From: Marinicella sp.
Lineage (GTDB): Bacteria; Pseudomonadota; Gammaproteobacteria; Xanthomonadales; Marinicellaceae
Assembly: GCA_965230295.1 (NCBI GenBank)
Contig: OZ246001.1
Location: 3,136,001-3,200,000 of the forward strand
Direction of reading: 5' to 3'
Length of the DNA: 64,000 bases
Shown here: positions 1 through 8,916 of the stretch, piece by piece
Layout of the letters: each line of letters starts with the position of its first letter
Position numbering within the stretch: position 1 is the stretch's first letter
The notes under the pieces: model-generated
What the model was told of the DNA's origin: nothing
What the model saw: only the letters and a program-made list of their open reading frames with translations
Database searches by the model: none
Translations under genes and position numbers: made by a program

Positions 1-18
1 GGTTATAATTTGAAATGG

Positions 19-324
19 TCAGTCTGCTTGACAGAATTGCACCACGGTCACACCAGGACTGTTGGTCACAGCAGCCAATTGTTGTTGGCAGTAAGCCATG
101 GTTGATCCGGTCAGAGTCAGGAATTGGAGTTGTGAAGTTTGTTGCCCTGAACTGTTGATGACCCAGATGCGGTATTTAACAACAGCACTGTATGAATAGA
201 CTGGATCACGATCAATGTCGATGGGGCCGGTAGCCACACAGCCATTACAAGCCGCTTGGGCCGAAACGGCACCTAATAACATACAAGCCACAAACAGCAA
301 TAAGCTCATTTTTGATGTTCTCAT
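19..324 (-). CDS. small secreted Cys-containing protein
   Basis: Signal peptide ending AQA; 4 Cys in the mature part; purine-rich RBS upstream (+ strand ctcctc at ~331). Confidence 0.7.
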   Translation of the reverse strand: MRTSKMSLLLFVACMLLGAVSAQAACNGCVATGPIDIDRDPVYSYSAVVKYRIWVINSSGQQTSQLQFLTLTGSTMAYCQQQLAAVTNSPGVTVVQFCQAD

Positions 325-508
325 TTTTTTCTCCTCTCTTTGGTTTTGAATAAAATCACTTCCGCTTTAATGAAAGTTCAGCAACAGTTTAGGGATTCTG
401 CTGTGAAAGCGAGAAAATGCTTTGGAAAAAACTGGTAAAAAAGAAAATATATTCAATGAAAACAATGACATATACCTTACTAAAGATAATCATTAATTCA
501 TGCTTTTA

Positions 509-543
509 CGTCATTGCGAGGCACAGCGTGCCGCGGCAATCTC
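509..543. repeat. palindromic GTCATTGCGAG...GCAATCTC-type element (half copy)
   Basis: cgtcattgcgaggcacagcgtgccgcggcaatctc has the shape of a widespread bacterial short palindromic repeat. Confidence 0.55.
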
Positions 544-583
544 CAGATACTGGCAGGAAGTGGTTAAAAATCATGCACCATAG

Positions 584-638
584 ACGTGGACTGAAGTCCA
601 CGCTCCGATTGTTGTGGAGCGTCGGCTTCAGCCGACGT
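584..638. repeat. inverted REP-like doublet
   Basis: 584-606 reverse complement GGAGCGTGGACTTCAGTCCACGT versus 616-638 GGAGCGTCGGCTTCAGCCGACGT: same frame and loop, with compensatory stem changes. Confidence 0.75.
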
Positions 639-656
639 TAAAGCTGTCCTGTCTAT

Positions 657-706
657 TCGAACCTGTATCCGCAAGAAATCGCGAGTACCCGTTAGCAATT
701 AAACTG
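657..706 (-). pseudogene. internally deleted fragment of the tmRNA 3' half (att-like scar)
   Basis: 657-675 matches 1851-1869 (16/19) and 670-706 matches 2030-2066 (35/37); the two parts join at a shared CGCAAG. Confidence 0.8.
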
Positions 707-767
707 TCATATTGGTAAGAGCCTATCCCTTAATGGTTATTATTTTCATTGAACTCTTGAATTATAA

Positions 768-816
768 ATAAGTGCTTATATAATAAATAATGTTATACCT
801 ATAAGTGCTTATATAA
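768..816. promoter_or_regulatory. tandem palindromic operators, probably MarR autoregulation
   Basis: ATAAGTGCTTATATAA at 768-783 and 801-816 (33 bp apart), each containing the inverted repeat ATAAG-TG-CTTAT, directly before the marR start. Confidence 0.7.
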
Positions 817-817
817 A

Positions 818-1315
818 ATGACAGAGAAAAAAGATTATTTTGATGAATTGGGCGAAGTGGCGCTGGGTAGTCGTTTAAAGCGATTGAGCGACCGAATGAT
901 GAGCGATGCTTTGCGTGTCTACAAATACATGGATCAGGACATTCAGCCTAAGTGGTTCACCTTCATGTCGCTGTTATATGAACGAGAATCCGTTTCAGTG
1001 GTTGAAGCCTCCGAACTGCTGGGACTGAGCCAGCCCTGTATCAGTCAATTCAGCAAAGAGCTGATAAAGAATGACCTGGCCCAGAGCCGATCAGATGAAA
1101 ATGATTTAAGAAAAAAAATACTGTCCTTAACAGAAAAAGGCAGAAGGGAATACAACAGCATGGAACCCATTCGCAGTGCAGTGAAAAAAGCTGCAGTGTC
1201 TTTATGTGAAGACAGCGGGTTTGATTTTTATCAGGCCATCATCCAGTTTGAAAAGGCATTATCTGAAAAGTCTCTTTATCAAAGAACCATGGAGAAATAT
1301 CATGAAAACAAATAA
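818..1315 (+). CDS. MarR-family transcriptional regulator
   Basis: ALGSRLKRLS N-terminus, HTH LGLSQPCISQ, and wing DLRKKILSLTEKG. Confidence 0.9.
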   Translation: MTEKKDYFDELGEVALGSRLKRLSDRMMSDALRVYKYMDQDIQPKWFTFMSLLYERESVSVVEASELLGLSQPCISQFSKELIKNDLAQSRSDENDLRKKILSLTEKGRREYNSMEPIRSAVKKAAVSLCEDSGFDFYQAIIQFEKALSEKSLYQRTMEKYHENK

Positions 1316-1790
1316 TATTGATGTTCAAATCGTACCGTTTCAGCCAGAACTTGCAAAGTATTTTTATAGCATCAATGCTGAATGGGTGAATGATATGTTT
1401 GAGATGGAAGAAATTGATGAAATGATACTGTCGCAGCCACAAAAACACATCATCGACAAAGGAGGCCAGATCTGGTTTGCTATCAGTCAGGATTTGGGCG
1501 TGATAGGAACCTGTGCACTGAAGAATGCAGGAAAAGGGTGGTATGAACTGACCAAGATGGGTGTTATTGAAAAAGCACGTGGCCTTAAAGCAGGAGAGGC
1601 CTTGATCAAGCATGTCATCGAGGAGTGCAACAGAATCAATTGTGAAACCCTGTTCTTACTCACCAATAAAAAATGCGAAGCCGCCATTCACCTCTATGAA
1701 AAGCACGGCTTTGTGCATGATCAAGGCATAAAAGACAAATTCAGCCATCTTTATGAACGCAGTGATGTATTTATGAAGTATATGGGGTAA
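1302..1790 (+). CDS. GNAT-family N-acetyltransferase
   Basis: ELTKMGV..ARGLKAG acetyl-CoA motif and AIHLYEKHGF; start moved to ATG 1302 (GGAGA RBS at 1291), overlapping marR. Confidence 0.9.
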   Translation: MKTNNIDVQIVPFQPELAKYFYSINAEWVNDMFEMEEIDEMILSQPQKHIIDKGGQIWFAISQDLGVIGTCALKNAGKGWYELTKMGVIEKARGLKAGEALIKHVIEECNRINCETLFLLTNKKCEAAIHLYEKHGFVHDQGIKDKFSHLYERSDVFMKYMG

Positions 1791-1798
1791 GTTGTCAT

Positions 1799-1829
1799 AA
1801 AAAAGGCCACCCTAAGGGTAGCCTTTTTT
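1799..1829. terminator. bidirectional intrinsic terminator
   Basis: A6-ggccacc/ggtagcc-T6 between the convergent GNAT gene and ssrA. Confidence 0.8.
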
Positions 1830-1832
1830 ATT

Positions 1833-2185
1833 TGGTGGAGACGGCGGGAATCGAACCCGCGTCCGCAAGTCCTCTGCTTGAGGCTCTACATGCTTAGTTT
1901 TGGCTTTTAATCTTATGTCGGCAGCTCCGCCAATCAGGATTTACCGACACCAGTTCAGATTTGATTTAACCCGTTGCGTCTAAACAGCACAACGAGCGAT
2001 CTTGCTGGTTATGACGGACAGTTCACGAACGCAAGAAATCGCGAGTGCCCGTTAGCAATTAAGCTGCTAAAGCGTAGTTATCGTCGTTTGCAACTATAAC
2101 TTTGAAACTGAGTTTTACGAGGTGAATTTCGCCCTCGGCATGCACCTACAAGTTTTGCCACCCACGTCGAAGCCAGGTCGTCCCC
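1833..2185 (-). ncRNA. ssrA: tmRNA
   Basis: 5' end GGGGACGACCTGGCTTCGAC; 3' end GGTTCGATTCCCGCCGTCTCCACCA; tag frame 2091-2059 reads ANDDNYALAA*. Confidence 0.98.
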
Positions 2186-2564
2186 TTGTAATCGGTCGTT
2201 TGAATATGGTGTCATCAGGCATCAAATTCAAGGAGGGCCATTGTATCACTGATGGTCTGAATAACAACTGAATGTTTGACTTGTGACAGCAGAATCATTT
2301 TCTTGCTGAACACGCTTTTTCAGATTAAGTCTTTTTAATGAGGCATCGTTCTATGTGGGTTTCACCCTCGGCATGCGGTTTAGTGGCTTTGCTGGCTGTA
2401 GCTGCTTTTTATTGAGTGACTGCCTTAGTTAAATATTCCGATGTTGAAGCCAAAACAATATTTTCGGTGAGTTAACAAAGGTTCAGGGTGACTTGCTAAA
2501 AAGCCACCCCTTTATCGTTAGAGCTTATTACCCCAATTTTTTAACAGGATAATATGTAGTACCT

Positions 2565-2879
2565 TTACGGGCAATTTCTCAAACAAACTTCTAATTCCCA
2601 TACACAGTAACCATAAGGGTTCTCATATTTGCATTGTTCAAATTCTGCTGCGCATGCAGAAAAGCATGCATTGGAACTCTTGGTTTGAAATAACACACTA
2701 TCAGAACTCATTGCTTGCAAGAACTGCGCATTGTTAGGTGCTTTATAAATATCAAAAGATGCAGGTGATACTGCTTGAGTAATAGCATCTGCTGGTTGTG
2801 ATACTACATCAACTGAATCTTTGGAAAAAGCTGCAGTGAATGTAATTGAAAGAGCCAAAGCTAATAATATTTTTTTCAT
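2565..2879 (-). CDS. secreted protein with a 6-Cys C-terminal domain
   Basis: MKKILLALALS signal peptide; CFSACAAEFEQC...YCVWELEVCLRNCP. Confidence 0.8.
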   Translation of the reverse strand: MKKILLALALSITFTAAFSKDSVDVVSQPADAITQAVSPASFDIYKAPNNAQFLQAMSSDSVLFQTKSSNACFSACAAEFEQCKYENPYGYCVWELEVCLRNCP

Positions 2880-3146
2880 AAAAATTTTCCTATAATATTA
2901 ATTGAGTTAATACAAATTCCATTTAAATCTAACAACTCCATTTTTATGGTTTAAGTAGCAAAACCATGGGCACATGATATCGGTATCCAAGGAAAACCTA
3001 TTATCATGAAAAAGACTAAAACTTGCTTATTTTGATTAAATTGTTAATTGTAAAAGACCAAAGTTTGTGAATTAAGGACATCAGATTGACTCACACCAAT
3101 ACAATTCTTATCATGCAGCCAAATCAATAACTTAAGGAGAAAACAT

Positions 3147-3425
3147 ATGAAAAAATTGATTAAAATTTCAGGACTAACTTTGATACTGGTATTATCTAAC
3201 GCCAGTTACACCAATGCCACAGGGAACGTAACACATTGTTACCACGGTGATACCACTCAGCCTTTTCATGAGTTGTATGCAGTGGTAACGAACGGCATAT
3301 GTCCCCCTTATGTTCACCCCGAACCTGTTCCTGAGCCTGACCCAGAGCCGGGAGTACCTCACTTCAAAATGCATCGTGCTGGTGATCCTGACTGCCAACT
3401 TAATGACGTAAACCCTTTTCAATAA
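3147..3425 (+). CDS. small secreted His/Pro/Cys-rich protein
   Basis: AAGGAG RBS, MKKLIK signal peptide, PEPVPEPDPEP tract. Confidence 0.7.
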   Translation: MKKLIKISGLTLILVLSNASYTNATGNVTHCYHGDTTQPFHELYAVVTNGICPPYVHPEPVPEPDPEPGVPHFKMHRAGDPDCQLNDVNPFQ

Positions 3426-3549
3426 AAAATGAATGTCAAGCCCTGTTAATTGGTGCTTGCTAATTATCAGGGCTTGATAAAACATACCTTTTTGATTTAT
3501 TTATATTTAAGTTAAACTAGGAAAACTCCAGAAAAACGTTTGTGTGTAA

Positions 3550-6500
3550 TTGAGAAAATCAATATTAACCTATGTGGCAGCTGTCATTGCTTTGGTCGTC
3601 AACTTGGATGTTTTAGCCAGCGGATTTCATTTCCATAAACTTGATGTTAACAACAAAATTTCTAATCATTCCATTAATGCATTTGCCATGGATGATCAAG
3701 GATACTTACTGTTTTCTACCAACTTTGAACTATGGAAATTCGATGGCTATAAAGCTGTACCATTTCGAATTAACATGCCCAACAATACAAAGGGCCTGAA
3801 AAATATCAGGGATCTTCTGTTTGATTCATCGCACAATTTATGGATTGGTTCCACATCCAATGGGCTTATTCGTTATACAGAAAAAAATCAATCTGTACTG
3901 TCATTCAATACAGAATCAAGTGACCACCGTTTGATGTCCAACACCATTTCTGCACTAGAACTTGATCAAAATGGTGATGTTTGGGTAGGTACTGATCTGG
4001 GGCTTCATCTCATATCTATGTCATCAGAAGTGAGCTATTTCCCGTTCAATGAATCACAGGCTAAAAGTGATGATACATACATAACCTCAATTCTTGATAA
4101 CAAGACAAATGAACTGTTAGTAAGTACCAAGAAAGGGGTCTATGTTTTCGATAAATCTCTACATACGTATGAATCAATTAGATTCAATAACTTTGTCTCC
4201 AACTACATTTTTAGTATCTATAAGGATGAGAACAAGAACATTTGGCTGAGTACTGATAAAGGTTTATTTGTCAATAATGAGGATGGTTTATTCAAACAGT
4301 TTAAACCTGAATACTTGAATCTTCCTGTCACATCTGTGGTCGTACAAAATCACACCGTATGGGTTGGAGTCTTTAATCGGGGCTTGTATAAAGTATCCTT
4401 AATCAATGATGAAGTCACTCATTACGAACATTTACAAAACAATGAAAACTCTTTAGCAAGCAACTCAATAAGTTCGTTGGTTTTAGATAAAAACAACTTG
4501 CTGTGGATTACTACATTTGATCGAGGCATCAACTTCATTGATACCAATACCATCAGTTTTGGTATGTATGACAACTCACAAAACAGTGTATATTGTTCAG
4601 GCTCCAATTCATTCAATGGATTTATTAAGGATGAGTCTGGAACTTTGTGGATTGCAACTGATACAGGTCTTGTTAAATGGAATCAACAAAACAATGTTTG
4701 TGTTGATTATAAAATGACAGGCAATTCTGAAGATGAAGCGTTGCTGCTTTATTCCGATTCACTGACTTTTCAACCCAATGGCAATATATGGATGTCTACG
4801 GGGTTGGGGTTGTTTGAGTTTGATTTGGAGTCAGACCAAATCAGGAAATTACCTAATAACATAGATACAGGAGCAAGTTTCACGGTACCGCTAGATGATG
4901 GTCTTTTATTGGTAGGTAGCTGGAACGGATTGTATAAGTACAATATAAAAGAACAAGAATTCAAAAAATTTAAAGTTCAAGCTGAAAACTTAAAGACTGC
5001 AAATTTCTATAACTATCAGATCAGTACTGAAGGTGGTATGTATTTTTCATCCGATTCAGGGGTGTTAACATTAACCAATGATGACACAGTTGCAGTTCAT
5101 CAAAAAGTACAAAGCCAATTACCCACCAAAGATATTTTATCCCTGTTATTTTTTGATCAAGATTTATTGATTGGCACCTTTCAACACGGGCTTTATCATT
5201 TTGATTCAATGGGTAACCTTAAGCACCACTATAATGAATCAAATCAAATACCCAGTGATTCAAGTATTTATAACATCCTCGAAGATGGTATCAACTTCTG
5301 GTTGAGTACTGAAAATGGGTTGATAAAATTAAATATCAAAGAGAAAACAGCCCATACGTTTTATCAAAGTGATGGGTTAAAGAGCCATTTTTTTAATTTG
5401 AATGCAGCCTACAAATCTTCTGATGGCATGCTCTTTTTTGGTAGCCGCAACGGATTCAATGGTTTTTACCCTCAAGATATAAAATTAAACATGACTCCTC
5501 CCAATGTCGTGCTGACTGATTTTACTCGCTTTGGTCAATCGATAAAATTTGGGAATGATCAAGGAGACTTCATTTTAAAGAAAGACATTAACCTCATGGA
5601 TGAGTTGATATTAAACCACAAGGACTATGTGATTGGTTTTGAATTTGCTGCCCTTGATTTGGCGGATGCGTCACGAAATCTATATGCCTTTAAAATGGAA
5701 GGACTGGACCCTCAGTGGACCTACACAGCAGCGGATCAACGCAGAATCAGTTATTCTAATTTATCACCTGGTAAATACACATTTAAAGTGAAAGGTGCTA
5801 ATAAAGATGGTGTCTGGAATGAGGTAGGCAAATCTTTAAAAATCACAGTAAAACCGGCACCCTGGTTTAGTTGGTGGGCCTTGTTAGGCTACTCAGTATC
5901 CATTTATTTCTTGATCAGCTGGTATATTAACAAGAAGAACCAACAAAGTAAGGCGTATACACAAAAACTTAAAACAGAAGTAGAAGAACAAACCAAAGAA
6001 CTGAAAAGACAAAAACAAACCGTAGAAGATTTACTATCTAAAAAGAATGAATTATTTGCCAATATTTCTCATGAGTTCAGAACGCCATTGACGCTTATTT
6101 TGGGCCCGGTCAATAACCTATTAAAATCTAACTTACATCAATCCAATATCAACTCATTAAAAATGGTTAAAAGAAACGCCAACCGTTTGTTAACCATGAT
6201 TGAACAGCTGTTAGAACTCGCAAAAATATCAGGCTCTGAAAAAGTTCAATTTTTCCAAGTTGAGACCCAGCCCGTTATTAAAAATTTAGTTAATTCATTT
6301 GCTGCATTAGCAGATGAAAAAAGAATCCGTTTGCAATTATCATGTAATGATCCTGTGGTGATAGAAACCAGTAACAATGCATTAGAAATAGTTCTGGGGA
6401 ACTTATTGTCAAATGCGATTAAATATACGCAAACAGGAGGAAATATTACTGTCACCGCAAAAAAAATAAATGACCAGCTATCAATCGCCGTTAAAGATGA

Positions 6501-7581
6501 AGGGTGCGGTCTTGATGAACAGCAAAAAGAAGATATCTTTAATCGGTTTAAGCGTTTGGATTCACACCAAAATATAGAAGGAACAGGAATAGGTTTAAGC
6601 GTGGTAGAAGAAGTCATTGAAACCAATGGAGCCAGCATTCATATCACAAGCAAACCAGGGTTAGGCAGTACATTCACTGTTGATTTTAATGTCGTTGAAA
6701 GGCAAGCAAATAAACCATCGAAATTCTCTGAGTCACAATTAATTAAGCAGCTTACCTTAGAAAACACCACCTCAATTCAAAAAACAACAGATGATCAAAC
6801 AAGCAGTCATCAAAAAGAAAATATTCTGGTTATTGATGACAACCCAGATATGAGAGAACATATTGCTGCAACATTAAGAGAGCATTACCAATGTTCTTTG
6901 GCAGAGGGTGGCAAAGCAGGAATTGCTCTGGCATTAAAACTGGTTCCAGATATTATTATTTGTGATGTGATGATGCCAGAAATGGATGGTTTTCAAGTCA
7001 GTCGTATTTTGCGGTCAGACTCGAGAACATCACACATTCCATTGGTACTTTTAACGGCACTTGACTCCAAAGAAAGCAGAATCAAGGGTTGGCGTGAACA
7101 TGTAGATGCTTATTTAACAAAGCCATTTGATGCAGATGAATTACTCTTGCAGCTAGAAAATATTTCTGTAATACGAAATATTCTTATGGAAAAAAACAGA
7201 TCTATCATAAAAGCGGGAAAAAAGGCACCTTCCAACATAGACTTGCCTCAAAAGGACCAAGAGTTTGTCAACAAGCTAAATATGTACATTGCCAAAAATT
7301 ACAAAAACTCTTTAATCACAAAAGCAAATTTAGCAAAGAATATGGCTGTAAGTGAAAGGCAGTTACAAAGAAAACTGAAGGCTTTGATTAATAAAAATCC
7401 TATGGATATTTTGAGAGAGTATCGGTTGAGTCAGGCAGCCATCATGTTAAAAGATGGTTATCAAGTCAGCATAACTTCTGATGAGTGTGGCTTTAACTCT
7501 TTGCCTCATTTTTCTAAATGTTTCAAATCACAATACGGTTTATCACCCAAAGTTTACCAGCAAACATGTAACAACAAATAA
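3550..7581 (+). CDS. hybrid two-component sensor (propeller/Y_Y_Y, TM, HisKA, HATPase, REC, AraC HTH)
   Basis: Repeated LWIG/ST propeller blades; YSNLSPGKYTFKVKG; NISHEFRTPL; NLLSNAIKYT; GTGIGL; ICDVMMPEMDG; CGFNSLPHFSKCFKSQYG. Confidence 0.95.
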   Translation: MRKSILTYVAAVIALVVNLDVLASGFHFHKLDVNNKISNHSINAFAMDDQGYLLFSTNFELWKFDGYKAVPFRINMPNNTKGLKNIRDLLFDSSHNLWIGSTSNGLIRYTEKNQSVLSFNTESSDHRLMSNTISALELDQNGDVWVGTDLGLHLISMSSEVSYFPFNESQAKSDDTYITSILDNKTNELLVSTKKGVYVFDKSLHTYESIRFNNFVSNYIFSIYKDENKNIWLSTDKGLFVNNEDGLFKQFKPEYLNLPVTSVVVQNHTVWVGVFNRGLYKVSLINDEVTHYEHLQNNENSLASNSISSLVLDKNNLLWITTFDRGINFIDTNTISFGMYDNSQNSVYCSGSNSFNGFIKDESGTLWIATDTGLVKWNQQNNVCVDYKMTGNSEDEALLLYSDSLTFQPNGNIWMSTGLGLFEFDLESDQIRKLPNNIDTGASFTVPLDDGLLLVGSWNGLYKYNIKEQEFKKFKVQAENLKTANFYNYQISTEGGMYFSSDSGVLTLTNDDTVAVHQKVQSQLPTKDILSLLFFDQDLLIGTFQHGLYHFDSMGNLKHHYNESNQIPSDSSIYNILEDGINFWLSTENGLIKLNIKEKTAHTFYQSDGLKSHFFNLNAAYKSSDGMLFFGSRNGFNGFYPQDIKLNMTPPNVVLTDFTRFGQSIKFGNDQGDFILKKDINLMDELILNHKDYVIGFEFAALDLADASRNLYAFKMEGLDPQWTYTAADQRRISYSNLSPGKYTFKVKGANKDGVWNEVGKSLKITVKPAPWFSWWALLGYSVSIYFLISWYINKKNQQSKAYTQKLKTEVEEQTKELKRQKQTVEDLLSKKNELFANISHEFRTPLTLILGPVNNLLKSNLHQSNINSLKMVKRNANRLLTMIEQLLELAKISGSEKVQFFQVETQPVIKNLVNSFAALADEKRIRLQLSCNDPVVIETSNNALEIVLGNLLSNAIKYTQTGGNITVTAKKINDQLSIAVKDEGCGLDEQQKEDIFNRFKRLDSHQNIEGTGIGLSVVEEVIETNGASIHITSKPGLGSTFTVDFNVVERQANKPSKFSESQLIKQLTLENTTSIQKTTDDQTSSHQKENILVIDDNPDMREHIAATLREHYQCSLAEGGKAGIALALKLVPDIIICDVMMPEMDGFQVSRILRSDSRTSHIPLVLLTALDSKESRIKGWREHVDAYLTKPFDADELLLQLENISVIRNILMEKNRSIIKAGKKAPSNIDLPQKDQEFVNKLNMYIAKNYKNSLITKANLAKNMAVSERQLQRKLKALINKNPMDILREYRLSQAAIMLKDGYQVSITSDECGFNSLPHFSKCFKSQYGLSPKVYQQTCNNK

Positions 7582-7715
7582 TCAACACGATTAAAAGGAC
7601 TGCGGACTTGTGCGTCACGTTTATAGTTGTTGAGTCTCAAACCTTGTTAATAATTGCAAGATTCTTTCCTTTTGGGGTTCTTCTTAATAGCGTATGTAGA
7701 AATAAGTGAAATGTT

Positions 7716-8768
7716 ATGATTAAGCCATTGATGGGGTTGGGTTTACTTTTATTATCAGCATCTGTATGGTCACAAAATGATCCGGCTTATGATGCCAGAT
7801 ATCGAGTGACATTTGTTGCTGATTGGAGTGCCAGTACTCACCCGGTGAACTTTCCGGGTAACCCACATTTTTCGCCTTTGATTGGTGCCACACATGATGA
7901 TGAAACACACTTGTGGGAAATGGGCGGCTTGTCATCGCCAGGTATCAAGTTGATGGCTGAAACCGGTGCTGTGTCAACCCTCAGTTTTGAGGTCAGTGAT
8001 TTGGTCATTGATCAACAAGCTGAACAAGTCCTTTCAGGCGGTGGCATCAGTAGATCACCTGGTTCAACGAGCCTGGAATTCAACATCACCCATGAAAACT
8101 CCTTTGTGAGTTTGGTCTCAATGATTGCACCCAGTCCAGATTGGTTTGTTGGTGTTGATGCGCTTAATCTGCGTAGCAATGGTCAGTGGCAAGAAATGAT
8201 CGCTGTAGACTTACACGCTTATGATGCCGGAACTGACAGCGGCGTTTCTTATACTTCTTCAAACCAGGTCACCAACCCTCCGGAGGTGATCAGACCAATC
8301 ACAGGGACTCCATTCGATGTCAACCCGGTGTTGGGACAATTCGTCTTTGAATTGCTTGAAACACAAGGTAATTTTCCTTTGGCTGGTGAACACAGTGGTT
8401 TGTATTTTATCCCCGAAAATTCTGGAGATGGCGTCAACTTAATCATCTCTGAAGGCGAAGAAAATAACACTGTTTTGGTCACATGGTATACCTATCGCGA
8501 TGGTCAACAGATGTGGTTGGTCGGCAGTACAGGTTTTTTAACAGGGGATACAGAAGTCACAATAAGCATGTTTAGAACCAGCGGTGGTCAATTCGGTGAC
8601 GATTTCAATGCAGATGATGTTGAGGTGACTCCTTGGGGTTCAGTCTCTGTTTCTATCCCCACTTGTGGCCACATGAATATGGCGTTTGAAGGGACAGAAA
8701 ACATCGATGAGTTTGGCACGGCGCAATACACTCAATTGACTGGAGTAGGTGATTTGCGGTGTGAATGA
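7716..8768 (+). CDS. secreted Spondin_N-domain protein with an extra C-terminal beta domain
   Basis: HFSPLIGATH, SMIAPSPDWFVG and YDAGTDSG spondin motifs; C-terminal WYTY..G.QMWLVG module. Confidence 0.85.
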   Translation: MIKPLMGLGLLLLSASVWSQNDPAYDARYRVTFVADWSASTHPVNFPGNPHFSPLIGATHDDETHLWEMGGLSSPGIKLMAETGAVSTLSFEVSDLVIDQQAEQVLSGGGISRSPGSTSLEFNITHENSFVSLVSMIAPSPDWFVGVDALNLRSNGQWQEMIAVDLHAYDAGTDSGVSYTSSNQVTNPPEVIRPITGTPFDVNPVLGQFVFELLETQGNFPLAGEHSGLYFIPENSGDGVNLIISEGEENNTVLVTWYTYRDGQQMWLVGSTGFLTGDTEVTISMFRTSGGQFGDDFNADDVEVTPWGSVSVSIPTCGHMNMAFEGTENIDEFGTAQYTQLTGVGDLRCE

Positions 8769-8916
8769 AGCCCCAAGAACATCCCTTTAATGTGACGAAA
8801 ATTGTAACGCCAGAAATGGTAGGCTTTACCAAACATGAAGACCTGGTGATGATTGACAGATTATTTTAGTTTATCCCCTGTTTTTTGCTGCCAGTGCGCT
8901 GAAAAATCGATATCAT

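Noticed and set aside
417-641. 74-aa ORF
   Set aside because: Runs through the palindromic repeats; no RBS or protein-like features.
818-1790. Frameshifted MarR-GNAT fusion pseudogene
   Set aside because: GNAT has its own RBS and ATG at 1302 and both halves look complete; two coupled genes is the simpler reading.
1833-1870. Separate tRNA gene
   Set aside because: The T-arm and CCA are the tRNA-like domain of tmRNA.
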